From positions 2,568 through 66,567 of the forward strand of contig JBDUXZ010000001.1 in NCBI GenBank assembly GCA_039944855.1: a DNA stretch of 64,000 nucleotides, written 5' to 3'. Shown here one piece after another: positions 37,395 to 50,079 of this stretch; positions within the stretch are counted from its first letter, which is position 1, and each line of letters opens with the position of its first letter. The notes under the pieces are model-generated. The model saw nothing but the letters and a program-made list of their open reading frames with translations, searched no databases and was not told where the DNA came from. Made by a program: the position numbers and the translations under genes. The stretch is from Rhodothermales bacterium. GTDB lineage: Bacteria; Bacteroidota; Rhodothermia; Rhodothermales; JANQRZ01.

Positions 37395-38054
37395 ATGGAC
37401 CTGCACGATCTCAAGCGGTACGTCGGCTTCGGTGAAGGATTCCACATCGAGTTCAAGCGCCGCGCGCCGCAGCCCGAACGCCTCGCCAAAGAAGTCATCG
37501 CCCTCGCGAACGCCCGCGGAGGCAAGCTCTTCGTCGGCGTCGACGACGACGGGACGATCCGTGGCGTCCGCGACGCCGAGGAGGAGCGGTTCGCGCTCCG
37601 CCACGCCCTCGACACCCACTGCGACCCGCCGGTTGCCGTCGAGATCGAAGCCGTCGAGGTGTCCCGGCGCCGGGACGTGCTCGTCGTCGACGTGCCCGAG
37701 AGCGCGGAGAAGCCGCACTACCTCGTCAACGCCGTGAACGGGAGCGGGCGTCCGCGCACGCCGTACGTCCGCGTCGCCGACCAGAGCATCGAGGCGAGCC
37801 GCGAGGCCGTCCGCCTGATGAAACACGAGCGGGCGCCGACCGACGTCCGCTTCGAGTTCGGCGACAAGGAGCGGGCGCTGATGCGCTACCTCGACCGCCA
37901 CGAGCAGATCACCGTTGAGGGCTTCGCTCGCCTCGTCGACATTCCGCCGCGGCGGGCGTCGCAGACGCTCGTGCTCCTCGCGAAGGCGAACCTCCTGCGG
38001 CTCCACCCGAGCGAGCGGGCCGACTACTTCACGCTGGCCTACGACGTGGCGTAA
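37395..38054 (+). CDS. AlbA_2 (Schlafen-like) domain protein with C-terminal wHTH-like region
   Basis: FHIEFKRRAPQPERLAKEVIALANARGGKLFVGVDDDGTIRGV matches the AlbA_2 pattern. The C-terminal part looks like a small DNA-binding domain. The track ORF from 36507 is an over-extension through gpsA. Confidence 0.65.
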   Translation: MDLHDLKRYVGFGEGFHIEFKRRAPQPERLAKEVIALANARGGKLFVGVDDDGTIRGVRDAEEERFALRHALDTHCDPPVAVEIEAVEVSRRRDVLVVDVPESAEKPHYLVNAVNGSGRPRTPYVRVADQSIEASREAVRLMKHERAPTDVRFEFGDKERALMRYLDRHEQITVEGFARLVDIPPRRASQTLVLLAKANLLRLHPSERADYFTLAYDVA

Positions 38055-38082
38055 GGGGCGGGGGCCGTTTTTGCGCCGCGGC

Positions 38083-38103
38083 GGGTGTCACGGGTTGACA
38101 CCC
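38083..38103 (+). terminator. short hairpin after the AlbA_2 gene
   Basis: GGGTGTCA-CGGGT-TGACACCC lies 29 nt after the stop, with no strong T-tract. Confidence 0.3.
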
Positions 38104-38184
38104 CCATGTTGTATGTTCGGGGGGAGCACGGGCCTCGGCAGGATGCGGCGGCCCTTTTAAGCTGTTATTGCAAAGAAAAAAGAT

Positions 38185-40530
38185 ATGCCCGTCGTCGACG
38201 TCATCCCGCTTCACGAGACCGCCCGCGAGCGCTACCTCAACTACGCCCTCTCGGTCATCACGAGCCGCGCGCTCCCCGACATCCGCGACGGGCTCAAGCC
38301 GGTGCAGCGGCGGATCCTCTACGCGATGTACACGAACCTCCGGCTGACGCCGGACTCGCGCTTCCGCAAGAGCGCGACGGTCGTCGGCGAGGTGATGGGG
38401 AAGTACCACCCCCACGGCGACACGGCGATCTACGACGCCGCCGTGCGGATGGCACAGCCGTTCAGCCTCCGCGCCCCGCTCGTCAACGGCCACGGCAACT
38501 TCGGCTCGCTCGACGGCGACAGCCCGGCGGCCATGCGCTACACCGAGGCCAAGTTGACCCCGCTCGGCGCGTCGTTCTCCGAGGAGATCCGCAAGCAGAC
38601 CGTCCCGTTCCGGCCGAACTACGACGGCACGCTCTTCGAGCCCGTCGTCCTCCCGGCGCAGTTCCCGAACCTGCTCGTCAACGGCGCGACGGGCATCGCC
38701 GTCGGGATGGCGACGAACATGCCGCCGCACAACCTCGGCGAGGTCATCGACGCTGCGATATACCTCATCGGCAGCCCGAACGCGTTCGTCCGCACGCTCG
38801 TCGAGAAGTACGTGCAGGCGCCGGACTTCCCCACGGGCGGCCGCATCCTAAACACGCCCGAGGAGCTCGTCACGATCTACGAGAACGGCGAGGGCGCGAT
38901 CGACCTACGCGGGTCCTACGAGGTGGAGGGCAAGAGTCGCGTCATCATCACGTCGATCCCGTACGCGCTCTCGAAGGGCGATCTCATCGAGAAGATCGCC
39001 GATCACATCCGCGAGGGGAAGGTCCCGCAGATCGTCGACATCCGTGACGAGAGCACGGACGACGTCCGGATCGTCCTCGAGATCAAGCGTGGCGCCGATG
39101 CCGAGGCGGCGATGGCGTACCTCTTCAAGCACACGCCGCTCCAGAGCCGTTTCCACGTCAACATGACGTGCCTCGTGCCGACGGAGAACCCGGAGGTCGC
39201 CGCGCCGAAGAAGGTCGACCTCCGCGAAGCGCTGCAAGCCTTCCTCGACTTCCGTTTCGAGGTCGTCACGAAGCGGCTGCAGTTCGACCTCGAGCAGCTC
39301 GAGAAGCGCATCCACATCCTCAAGGGCTTCGTCAAGATCTTCGACGCGCTCGACGAGGCTATCAAGATTATCCGCTCCTCGAAGAACAAGTCCGACGCCG
39401 CGCAGCGGCTCATGCACCGCTTCGGAATCGACGATCTGCAAGCCGACGCCGTCCTCGAGATCAAGCTCTACCGGCTGGCCCGGATGGAGATGAGCGCGAT
39501 CCGAGCCGAACTCGCCGACAAGGAGCAGCAGGCCGCTGCGCTGCGCAAACTCCTCGGCGACGACAAAGCGCTCTGGAGCCTCATCAAGAAAGAGCTCCGC
39601 GAGCTGAAGAAGCAGTACGCCGACGAGCGCCGCACGATCATCGCCGGCCCCGACGCCGTGCTCGAATACTCCGCCGAGGATTACATCACGAAGGAGGACG
39701 TCTACGTCATCGTGACCCGCGACGGCTGGGTCAAGCGGCAGCGCTCGTACACCGAGCTCGACGCGATCCGCGTGCGCGAGGGCGACCACGTGGCCTACGC
39801 CCTAGCCGGCTCGACGCGAGCGACGGTCTGCTTCTTCACGAGCGCCGGCCGCGCTTACACGATCCGCATCGACGACCTGCCGCAGACGACGGGCTACGGC
39901 GACCCGGTGCAGAAGTACTTCGACTTCAAAGACAAGGAGCGCGTCGTCGGCGTGATCTCGCTCGACGAGCGCGTGCTACCGGAGAGCCTGCCCGACGCCG
40001 CCTTCGTCGACCTCGACCTGTTCCAGGGTGACGGGGCGCTGCCCGACGGCGTCGAGGCCGGGCCGTTCGGCGTGGCGATTACGGACGAGGGGATGTCCGT
40101 CCGGTTCACGCTGGAGAGCTTCGCCGAGCCGTCAAACAAGAACGGCCGCGTGTTCGTGCGTCTGCCGAAGGGGTCGAGCGCGGTGGGGGTCGAGGTCGCG
40201 CGCGGCGACGAGAACGTGTGTCTTGCCTCGAAGGAAGGGCGCGGGCTCGTCTTCCCCGTCAGCCAGATCCCCGTGTTCAAGAGCGCCGCGAAGGGCGTGA
40301 TCGCGATGCGGCTCGACGGCAAGAGCGACCGCGTGCTCGGGTTCGTCGTGAGCGACGCCGCGCGCGAAGGGCTTGAAGTCGAGACGAGCCGGGGGCGGAA
40401 GGAGATCGTCCGCACGACGAAGTTCGAGGTCACGAACCGGGGCAACAAGGGCCGGACGATCATCGAGCGCGGCACGCTCCGCGCCGTCACCCCGCCGCCG
40501 GTGGAGTTGCATCTGGACAGGGGGAACTAG
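38185..40530 (+). CDS. parC: type IIA topoisomerase subunit A, ParC-like (topoisomerase IV)
   Basis: It has [21 protein letters not shown] and [23 protein letters not shown]. The C-terminal beta-pinwheel region lacks a GyrA-box (QRRGGKG-type) motif, and the protein is shorter than typical GyrA. Confidence 0.75.
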   Translation: MPVVDVIPLHETARERYLNYALSVITSRALPDIRDGLKPVQRRILYAMYTNLRLTPDSRFRKSATVVGEVMGKYHPHGDTAIYDAAVRMAQPFSLRAPLVNGHGNFGSLDGDSPAAMRYTEAKLTPLGASFSEEIRKQTVPFRPNYDGTLFEPVVLPAQFPNLLVNGATGIAVGMATNMPPHNLGEVIDAAIYLIGSPNAFVRTLVEKYVQAPDFPTGGRILNTPEELVTIYENGEGAIDLRGSYEVEGKSRVIITSIPYALSKGDLIEKIADHIREGKVPQIVDIRDESTDDVRIVLEIKRGADAEAAMAYLFKHTPLQSRFHVNMTCLVPTENPEVAAPKKVDLREALQAFLDFRFEVVTKRLQFDLEQLEKRIHILKGFVKIFDALDEAIKIIRSSKNKSDAAQRLMHRFGIDDLQADAVLEIKLYRLARMEMSAIRAELADKEQQAAALRKLLGDDKALWSLIKKELRELKKQYADERRTIIAGPDAVLEYSAEDYITKEDVYVIVTRDGWVKRQRSYTELDAIRVREGDHVAYALAGSTRATVCFFTSAGRAYTIRIDDLPQTTGYGDPVQKYFDFKDKERVVGVISLDERVLPESLPDAAFVDLDLFQGDGALPDGVEAGPFGVAITDEGMSVRFTLESFAEPSNKNGRVFVRLPKGSSAVGVEVARGDENVCLASKEGRGLVFPVSQIPVFKSAAKGVIAMRLDGKSDRVLGFVVSDAAREGLEVETSRGRKEIVRTTKFEVTNRGNKGRTIIERGTLRAVTPPPVELHLDRGN

Positions 40531-40605
40531 GCATTGGCGAGGCGTACCCGCGGCGAGCTTCCGCCACGGGAGAGTGTCGGAGGCCACGGAGCCGGTGTCG
40601 GAACG

Positions 40606-40983
40606 CTAGCGGGTGCGGGGCGGATCGCCGATGATCCCGTCGATCACGAACGTACGGATGCTGTCGATCGCCTCGTTCATGTCGCCGTCGAAGACTTCGA
40701 GCGTGCGGCGCACGTCGTGCGTGATCTCATGGTCCTGCGCGTAGACGTAGAGGATGTTGCCTGCGCCCTGAGCGGGGATGAGGTCTTGCTCAAGCTCGAC
40801 GATCGTCAGCACCATGACGGCCTGCACCATGCGGTCGGTGATGGGCGTGCGTCGGATCACGACGGGAGAGCGCTCCAGTTTGGCGTGCGGGGCTTCGCTC
40901 GTGGACGTGCTGGAGTGCACGTTGAGTTGGGGAGATAGCGGCGCGTGGTGCGTCGACGAGGTGCGCGCTGGATGGAGGGGCAT
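40606..40983 (-). CDS. hypothetical protein (disordered N-terminus, compact C-terminal domain)
   Basis: This is the only protein-like frame in the gap between parC and parE. The C-terminal half (VMVLTIVELEQDLIPAQGAGNILYVYAQDHEITHDVRRTLEVF) has a normal composition. No motif was recognised. Confidence 0.45.
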   Translation of the reverse strand: MPLHPARTSSTHHAPLSPQLNVHSSTSTSEAPHAKLERSPVVIRRTPITDRMVQAVMVLTIVELEQDLIPAQGAGNILYVYAQDHEITHDVRRTLEVFDGDMNEAIDSIRTFVIDGIIGDPPRTR

Positions 40984-41314
40984 GGCGGGGGTGGGAGAAG
41001 AGATGGAGAGAGGGGGTGAAAGAGTATAAGCGTCTGGTTTGAAATAGGTAAGGCGAAGCCATCGGGACTAGCCCGTCATTGCTCATGGGGGAAATACCCA
41101 GAACGAGCATGGGGGAGTAAATCCCTAACGAACAGCATAGTGCGGGTGTAGGTGCGAGGCGTAGTCCAAGCTCGGGGGGGTGGTTTACGGTTGGACAGAT
41201 CCCGCCAGGGGCGGTCCGCGCTTACCCGTGTCGTCAACGAAAAGGTGGGGAGGGAGAGGACGCCTAGCAGACGGTTCTCGTACCCACTGCACGTCTGGCT
41301 TCTGACGAATGTGA

Positions 41315-43315
<2,001 letters not shown>

Positions 43316-43318
43316 GGC

Positions 43319-44146
43319 TCACGTGCTCAGCACCCAGAGCAGGAGGGCGCCGTCGCGGATGATGCCGAACATGAGGTAGGCCAGCACGTAGGCCCCGATG
43401 GTTTTGAACGCCGTGCCCACCCGCCCGCCGAAGAACCCGACGGCGCCGAAGCAGAGGAAGAACAAGCTGAGCATGATGGTGAGCCAGGGCGGGGTCGCCG
43501 AGCCGGTAAACGCCAGTAGCGGGAGCGAGAGAAGGCCGTCGATTAAGTGGTAATGGCCGGTCACGAACAGGGCGTAGACTGAGATCTCGGCGAGGTTGAA
43601 GCCCGAGCGGCGGAAGAACAGCCGCATGAACAGCACGAAAGGGACGTAGAGCAGGATGACCTGGTACGCATACGTCACCCCGATCAGCTTGAGGTTTAGC
43701 TCGACGAACTCGGGGACTTTGTCAGCCGGAAGCAGGCCGAAGAGCGGGGTGCCGTCGCCACGCTCCATCATCTCGATCATCCACTCCTTCATCCCGTCGA
43801 TCTGAAACGAGAAGGCGAAGAGGACGACGGCGGTGCCGAGGACGAAGTAGCTGAGCGGGCTGACGTAGCGCTTGCGCTCGCCCGCGACGTAGCGGCGGCA
43901 GACGCGGCCCGGCGCAACCGTCAACGTGCGCACGGTCAGCCCCAGCCCGCGTTCCATCTTCAGGAAGCGCTCGGCGAACTCGCTCCACAGCGTTCCGAGC
44001 GTGAGGCGGCCATCGAGGTAGTGCTGCCCGCAGCGCTGGCAGTAGTCGCCGAGGCGTTCGGCCTCGCAGTTGGGGCAGGTCTCAGGGCGGAACTGCTCGG
44101 GTTCGTCGCGGAGGACGTCGGGCGGGGAGAGGGGAGCGGTGAGCAT
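43319..44146 (-). CDS. DUF3667-like membrane protein with N-terminal zinc ribbon
   Basis: CPNCEAERLGDYCQRCG is followed by several TM helices. The upstream part of the 614-aa track ORF is a run-on through the next gene's antisense frame. Confidence 0.65.
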   Translation of the reverse strand: MLTAPLSPPDVLRDEPEQFRPETCPNCEAERLGDYCQRCGQHYLDGRLTLGTLWSEFAERFLKMERGLGLTVRTLTVAPGRVCRRYVAGERKRYVSPLSYFVLGTAVVLFAFSFQIDGMKEWMIEMMERGDGTPLFGLLPADKVPEFVELNLKLIGVTYAYQVILLYVPFVLFMRLFFRRSGFNLAEISVYALFVTGHYHLIDGLLSLPLLAFTGSATPPWLTIMLSLFFLCFGAVGFFGGRVGTAFKTIGAYVLAYLMFGIIRDGALLLWVLST

Positions 44147-44211
44147 CGGCGAGGGTGCGGGTGGTGCCCGCGAAGTAACGCACGGCCGACCACGCATGCA
44201 AGCCGGAGGGC

Positions 44212-45126
44212 CTACTTCCGCCGCGCGATCAGCAGGACGCTGCCGACGATGAGCATGGCTCCGGCGAGGCTCTGGAAGTCGGGCACGGTGCCGAAGACGA
44301 GGGCGCCCCACACGAACGCGAAAACGACCTGGAGGTAGCCGACGGAAATCGCCCGGCCCGCTTTTTCGAGGTGGAGCCCGCGCGTCAAGCAGAGCTGCCC
44401 GACGAGCGTCGAGACGCCGGCGCCGAGGAGCCACAGCCATGCCCAGCCGGTCGGCATCACCCAGTTCCCTGCGAAGGGGAGCGCGCCGACGACGCCGATC
44501 CACGAGAGGTAGAAGATGATGACGTCCGGCGCGTCCGTCGCACGCAGCTTGCGGACGATGGTGTACACGAGCCCCGAGAGCATCGACGCCGCGACGACGG
44601 CCGCTACGGCCAATCCGTCGAGCGCGTCGAGTGAGCCGAAGAGGAACGACGGCTCGGAGATGAGCACGACGCCGACGAGGCTCACGGCCATCCCGACAAG
44701 CACGAGCCCCGCCGTACGCTCGCGGAGGACGAACGCCGCCGAGAGCGCGGTCCAGATCGGGGCCATGTAGAACAGCGCCGTCGCGTCGCCGAGCGGGATG
44801 CGGGGGATCGCGAAGTAGAACAGGCTCAGCGCGGCGACGCCGATCACGCCGCGCGCGAACAGTAGCGCCCGGTTGTGGCCGAGCGGGGCGAGGCCGGCGC
44901 GGCGAACGAGGACGTAGATCATCCCTGCCATCAGGACCGAGCGCGCGAACACGATCTCCATCGTCGGGATCGTCTGCCCGGCCAGCTTGACGAACAGCGT
45001 CATCAGGCTGAAGGCCAGCGCGGACCCTGCCATGTAGCGGAGGCCGAGCGGAATGCGGAGGAAGAAGCCGGGGCGAGGCGTAGCGGTAGCGGGCACGGAC
45101 AGGAGATCTCGGGCGAGCGTTGGCAA
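44212..45126 (-). CDS. DMT superfamily transporter (EamA-type, 10 TM)
   Basis: Two EamA-like halves are rich in Gly/Ala/Leu TM helices (ALAFSLMTLFVKLAG...; ...GALVFGTVPDFQSLAGAMLIVGSVLLIARRK). Confidence 0.8.
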   Translation of the reverse strand: MPTLARDLLSVPATATPRPGFFLRIPLGLRYMAGSALAFSLMTLFVKLAGQTIPTMEIVFARSVLMAGMIYVLVRRAGLAPLGHNRALLFARGVIGVAALSLFYFAIPRIPLGDATALFYMAPIWTALSAAFVLRERTAGLVLVGMAVSLVGVVLISEPSFLFGSLDALDGLAVAAVVAASMLSGLVYTIVRKLRATDAPDVIIFYLSWIGVVGALPFAGNWVMPTGWAWLWLLGAGVSTLVGQLCLTRGLHLEKAGRAISVGYLQVVFAFVWGALVFGTVPDFQSLAGAMLIVGSVLLIARRK

Positions 45127-45280
45127 CCGGATTCCCAGCGGCGAGTTCGCCGGCAGGTGTCATTTACGCCCCTCTTCACGCGTCGAGCGAGGGCAAGCTC
45201 AACTGTCTGATGCGGTTGGCTTTGACTCGGGGGCCGCGTACTTTTGGGCCCCGCCGTCTCTCCGCCATCGCACTGCCCGC

Positions 45281-47731
45281 ATGCGCCGTCTCTCCGCTTC
45301 CCTCTGTTTCCTCGTCGTCACGCTCGCCGGCTCTTCTGTCCTCGCGCAGTCCGTAGCGCCCCGCTACAGCGAAGTCCGCATCGCCCTCACGGATCGGGCC
45401 GACCTCCGCGCGATCGCCGAGCGCGTCCCCGGCCTCGGACACGTCGATCTGCAGAAAGAGGGCGGCCGGTTCGTGGCCGTCACGGTGCTAAGCGAGGTAG
45501 ACCTCGCCGACCTCGCCGCGAGCACGTTTCCGTTCGAGGTGTCGGTGCCGGATGTCGCAGCGGCGTACGCTGCCCGTCCGCCGGCGACCGAGGCTGATCG
45601 CGCCGCCGGCCTCGCAGCGAGTCGCGTCGGTGGCGGGTTCGGCTACGGATCGATGGGCGGCTACTACACGTTCGACGAAGTCCTCGGGAAGCTCGACGAG
45701 CTGGCGGCGGACTACCCCGGCCTCATCTCCGAGCGCGTCTCCATCGGGCAGTCGTGGGAGGGGCGCGACCTGTGGATGGTCAAGATCTCCAACGCCCCGA
45801 CCGTCGACGAAGACGAGCCGGAGGTGCTCTACACCGGCCTCCACCACGCCCGCGAGCCGCAGGGCATGACCTCGGTGCTCTATTACATGTACTACCTGCT
45901 GGAGAACTACGGCAGCGACCCCGAGGTGACGTACCTCGTCGACAACCGCGAGCTCTACTTCGTGCCCGTGCTCAATCCCGACGGCTACGTGTACAACGAA
46001 ACGACGAGCCCGAACGGCGGCGGCTTCTGGCGGAAGAACCGCCGGGACAACGGCGGGAACAGCTTCGGCGTCGACCTCAACCGGAACTACGCGTACGAGT
46101 GGGGGCGCGACAACACCGGGTCGAGCCCGAGCCCGGGCGGCGAGACGTACCGCGGGCCGGGGCCGTTCTCCGAGCCCGAGACGCAGGCCATCCGGGACTT
46201 CGTGGAGAGCCGGGAGATCGTGGCCGCGTTCAACTACCACTCGTACAGCAACGTCCTGCTGCACCCGTGGGGCTACGAGGAAGGCGTGTACACCCCCGAC
46301 CAAGACGTCTTCACCACCATCTCCGGCGACATGACGCGGGTCAACGGTTACGAGTTCGGGCAGGCCGCTGACGTGCTCTACCCCGCGAATGGGGACTCCG
46401 ACGACTGGTACTACGGCGAGCAGACGACGAAGGGGAAAGCCTACGCGTGGACGCCCGAGGTAGGGAGGTCGGGCGACGGGTTCTGGCCCGACGAGGACCG
46501 CATCGTCCCGCTCGCCGAGGAGAACCGCGTGGCGAATCTCAGCCTCGCGTGGTTCGCGGGCGCTTACCCCCGCGTGCAGGCCTTTGAGATCGCTGAGACG
46601 CACGCCGCGCCGAACGGCTACGTCGACCCCGGCGAGCCGGCGGCGCTCACCCTCACGCTTCAGAATCTCGGGCTGGCAGGCGTTTCCGACGCACGGGCGC
46701 GGATCGTCAGCACGAACCCCGCGCTCCCCATCGAATCGGGCGCGCTGAGTGCGCCGTTCTCGCTCGGCCCCGAAGGCATGGTGGAGCTCGAAGGGCTCGC
46801 GTTCACGCTCGGGCTCGACGCCGCCGTCGGCTTGCAGGACGGGCTGGCGGTCGAGATGACGTTCGATGGGACGACGCTCGTTCAGCCGCTTGGACCGATC
46901 TCGGTGGGCACGCCGGTCGCGGTGTTCGAGGACGCGGCGGGCTCGATGGCAGCGTGGGATACGGGCACGGGGTGGGGCCTCGCGAGCACGAGCACGTCGC
47001 CGCCGACCTCGTTCGCCGACAGCCCGACGGGGTCGTATGGGAATAATGTCTCGAACGCGCTGACGCTAGCCGAGCCGCTGGACCTCAGCGACGGCGTGAG
47101 CCCGCAGCTACGGTTCAGCGCGCGCTGGGACATCGAGTCCAACTATGACTTCGTGCAGGTCCGTGCTTCGACGAACGGCACGAACTGGACGCCGCTGGCG
47201 GGCCGCTACACCCGGCCCGGCTCCGGCTCCGGCGATCAGACTTCCGGCGAGCCCGGCTACGACGGCACACGGACGCAGTGGGCCGAGGAACTGATGGACC
47301 TGAGCGCCTACGAAGGCGAACCGGAGGTCTACCTCCAGTTCCGGTTGCAATCCGACGGCTCCGTCACCGGCGACGGGTTCTACCTCGACGACCTCGCGGT
47401 GGAGACGTTCTCGAACGGGAGCACGGTGGCGAACGAGACAGGCACGGCTCCAACCCGGCCCGCGCTCTACGATAACTACCCGAACCCGTTCACCAACTCG
47501 ACGCTCATCCCGTTCGACCTCCCCGAGGCGGGTCCAGTGACGCTCACGGTGTACGATCTGCTCGGCCAGCGCGTCCGCGTGCTCACCGATGGAGACCGTG
47601 CTGCAGGTCCGCACAGCGTGAGGTGGGACGGTCGGGACGCCTCGGGTCAGGCCGCGGCGAGCGGGGTTTACGTCTGCACGCTCCGTGCCGCCGGGGCCGT
47701 GTCGACACGCAAGCTCCTCGTGGTCCGGTAG
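45281..47731 (+). CDS. secreted M14 zinc carboxypeptidase with extra C-terminal domains and T9SS CTD
   Basis: Signal peptide MRRLSASLCFLVVTLAGSSVLAQS. The M14 motifs are LYTGLHHAREPQG, NPDGY and FNYHSYSN. The T9SS CTD reads YPNPFTNSTLIPFDLPEAGPVTLTVYDLLGQRVRVL. Confidence 0.85.
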   Translation: MRRLSASLCFLVVTLAGSSVLAQSVAPRYSEVRIALTDRADLRAIAERVPGLGHVDLQKEGGRFVAVTVLSEVDLADLAASTFPFEVSVPDVAAAYAARPPATEADRAAGLAASRVGGGFGYGSMGGYYTFDEVLGKLDELAADYPGLISERVSIGQSWEGRDLWMVKISNAPTVDEDEPEVLYTGLHHAREPQGMTSVLYYMYYLLENYGSDPEVTYLVDNRELYFVPVLNPDGYVYNETTSPNGGGFWRKNRRDNGGNSFGVDLNRNYAYEWGRDNTGSSPSPGGETYRGPGPFSEPETQAIRDFVESREIVAAFNYHSYSNVLLHPWGYEEGVYTPDQDVFTTISGDMTRVNGYEFGQAADVLYPANGDSDDWYYGEQTTKGKAYAWTPEVGRSGDGFWPDEDRIVPLAEENRVANLSLAWFAGAYPRVQAFEIAETHAAPNGYVDPGEPAALTLTLQNLGLAGVSDARARIVSTNPALPIESGALSAPFSLGPEGMVELEGLAFTLGLDAAVGLQDGLAVEMTFDGTTLVQPLGPISVGTPVAVFEDAAGSMAAWDTGTGWGLASTSTSPPTSFADSPTGSYGNNVSNALTLAEPLDLSDGVSPQLRFSARWDIESNYDFVQVRASTNGTNWTPLAGRYTRPGSGSGDQTSGEPGYDGTRTQWAEELMDLSAYEGEPEVYLQFRLQSDGSVTGDGFYLDDLAVETFSNGSTVANETGTAPTRPALYDNYPNPFTNSTLIPFDLPEAGPVTLTVYDLLGQRVRVLTDGDRAAGPHSVRWDGRDASGQAAASGVYVCTLRAAGAVSTRKLLVVR

Positions 47732-47746
47732 CGTCCTCGGCGAGAG

Positions 47747-48244
47747 CTAAGCGTCGCGGCGGATCTCTTCGTACTCCACGTCGATAACCTCGTCCTGCGC
47801 GGGGGGCTGCGCGGGTGCTGCGGCGGGCGGCCACGTCGCGACGTGGACCGTGCCGCCGAGGATTCCTCGCTGGAACCGCTTCATGACGATCCGCTTGATG
47901 ACGGCGCGCGTCGGCGGGAAGAGCCCGAGGAATCCGACGACATCGGTCAGCACGCCGGGCGTCAGCAGGAGGGCGCCGGCGATGAGGATGATGAGGCCGT
48001 CGGTGATCTCGCTGCCCGGCATCGCGCCGGAGGCGACGCGGGCGCGGAATCGGGCGAGGACGGAGAGCCCTTCGCGGTGGGCGAGGAACGAGCCGAGCAG
48101 CGCCGTGGCTGCGATGATCCCGACCGTAGGCCAGAACCCAATCTGCTGCCCGAGCCATACGAGGAGCGCGAGTTCCAGGATCGGGACGAGCGTGAACAGC
48201 AGCAGGAGGCGGCCGAAAAGGGATCGGTTCGGGGCAGGGGGCAT
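47747..48244 (-). CDS. fxsA: FxsA family membrane protein
   Basis: LLLFTLVPILELALLVWLGQQIGFWPTVGIIAATALLGSFLAHREG and LLLTPGVLTDVVGFLGLFPPTR match the FxsA/UPF0716 pattern. Confidence 0.85.
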   Translation of the reverse strand: MPPAPNRSLFGRLLLLFTLVPILELALLVWLGQQIGFWPTVGIIAATALLGSFLAHREGLSVLARFRARVASGAMPGSEITDGLIILIAGALLLTPGVLTDVVGFLGLFPPTRAVIKRIVMKRFQRGILGGTVHVATWPPAAAPAQPPAQDEVIDVEYEEIRRDA

Positions 48245-48478
48245 CGGGGTGAAGATCGAGTCCGCGTCGGGAAGAGGGAGCCGGGGCCGTGTAACGCGCG
48301 GTGCCGCTAAATATTCCGGTGCGACGCGCTTTCACGCGTGCGGCAGGCGAAGGCTGACCCGGCGGCGTCACGTCGGGCGTACGAGAGATCGGCGGTGCTG
48401 GTTGCTGGCCGGAGACGGGGCCGCATGCGTAGTCTTGTCTGCTCGAATAACCGCGTCTCTCCGAATCCTCCTGCTCCT

Positions 48479-49009
48479 ATGACCGACATGAAAGCCCTCT
48501 CCCTCTACGCTATCGACGCCGACCTGCTCGCGCTCGAAGACGCCCTGCTCGCGGCCGGCGGAGAGATCACCGATGAGATCGAGGCCGAGCACAACCACCT
48601 CCTCGATGTGCGGGACCAGAAGGTGGAGGGTTACCTCCGGGTCCTCCGGCGGCTCGAGACGACGGCCGAGGCGATCAAGGTCGAGCGGCAGCGGCTGCAA
48701 GAGGCCGAGCGCAGCATGACGAACGCGGCGCAGTCGCTCAAGGACCGCCTCGCCGCCTCGATGCAGCAGCACGGCGACAGCGAGTACCTCACCTCGCTCG
48801 GCCGCGTCAAGCTGCAGCGCAGCGGCACTGTGCCCGTCGAACTCCTCGTGGACGTGGACGGGCTGCCCGATTCCTACGTCCGTGTCAAGCGCTCGGCCGA
48901 CCTCACGGCGCTGCGGGAGGCGTTGCAGTCAGAGGATGCGGCGGAGCGGGCGGACGCCGAGCGGCTCGCCCAACTCGGCGAGGCCAAGCACTACGTGCGG
49001 ATCTACTGA
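48479..49009 (+). CDS. Siphovirus Gp157-like protein (phage-derived, orphan)
   Basis: The 176-aa coiled-coil protein has layout ...LYAIDADLLALEDALLAAGGEITDEIEAEHNHLL..QKVEGYLRVLRRLE..IKVERQRLQEAE...LPDSYVRVK...HYVRIY, which parallels Gp157 family members as recalled. The ATG at 48479 is preferred. Confidence 0.6.
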   Translation: MTDMKALSLYAIDADLLALEDALLAAGGEITDEIEAEHNHLLDVRDQKVEGYLRVLRRLETTAEAIKVERQRLQEAERSMTNAAQSLKDRLAASMQQHGDSEYLTSLGRVKLQRSGTVPVELLVDVDGLPDSYVRVKRSADLTALREALQSEDAAERADAERLAQLGEAKHYVRIY

Positions 49010-49245
49010 CCCCACCGCGCAACGACGGGGACCTAGATCACGCTGAGACGGCGAGGGGAGAGCCCGTCGCAGACGTGGGCACACCGTCGCGAAAGGGGCT
49101 ATGGACGGGGTAATTCGGAGTTCGAAGCGGACAACACATCGGCATGAATGACGTATGTTTCCGGGCGTCCGGTGTTTGCAAGAGGCCGTGTCGAACCCTC
49201 ACCACGCCCTCCGCTCCACAGCCCAAACCTCGACCTCCACCTGGC

Positions 49246-49914
49246 ATGAGATTCCCCCTCGCCCTTCTCTTCTCGACCGCGCTCCTCCTCTCCGCATGCG
49301 ACGCCGTCGTCGACGTGCCCTCGGATCAGGTGGCGGCATACACCGCGAGCCCGGCTACGGATGCGGCCTCGCGCATGGCGACGGCGCCCACCGCCTCGTG
49401 CCCCTGCTTCTCCCGCTCTTCCCTCGGCGATTCTCCGGTCGTGTCACAGTACCGCGGCGTCGGCGTGCCGGCTCCGTACCTCTTCTTCGACGCCTTCAAC
49501 TACTACGGCCTAGACATGCGTCGGACCGAGGTTCGGGCGACTCTCCACTCGAAAGAGGGCACGTTCGAGGAGGTGGCCGCCGTCTACATCACACCGGACA
49601 ATGACGGCCTGCACCTCATCTGCACGCGGCAGGAACTCGTCCGTCACCCGGCCTCCGGCGACTTGACGTACCGCTATCAGACCCTCTCGCCGACCGTCGA
49701 TGAAGCGGAGGCGTGCCGGCAGGACCTCGCGGGGTTTGTGGCCGAGCGCGAGCCGTGCCAGGGGGGCGCCTGCGGCATCCCGTACTCGGACGCCCAACTC
49801 GACCCGGATTACCCGCCGTACCACGACGGCAACTTCGACACGCCGAAGCCGGTGCTCGACCGGATGCGCCTCGAAGTCGAGCGCGTCGGCCGGATGCTGC
49901 AGGTGCTTTCCTGA
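49246..49914 (+). CDS. Cys-rich hypothetical lipoprotein
   Basis: A lipobox is present (LLFSTALLLSAC). There are further Cys residues in the mature part, and no motif was recognised. Confidence 0.6.
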   Translation: MRFPLALLFSTALLLSACDAVVDVPSDQVAAYTASPATDAASRMATAPTASCPCFSRSSLGDSPVVSQYRGVGVPAPYLFFDAFNYYGLDMRRTEVRATLHSKEGTFEEVAAVYITPDNDGLHLICTRQELVRHPASGDLTYRYQTLSPTVDEAEACRQDLAGFVAEREPCQGGACGIPYSDAQLDPDYPPYHDGNFDTPKPVLDRMRLEVERVGRMLQVLS

Positions 49915-49940
49915 CACGGCTCCTACCTGTTGACGAATTG

Positions 49941-49974
49941 GAAGCGCCTCGGGACACACGTTCCGAGGCGCTTC
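49941..49974 (+). terminator. 12-bp hairpin after the lipoprotein gene
   Basis: GAAGCGCCTCGG-(10 nt loop)-CCGAGGCGCTTC is followed by TCCGTTGTTG. Confidence 0.6.
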
Positions 49975-50079
49975 TCCGTTGTTGTAAACGGCAGGACCAG
50001 AGCCCGACCCGTCGCGTATTTTGGCGACGGACCTGTGCCCGCCCTGTGCTACTGAGTGATCGCTTTTCCCCGAACCTAT

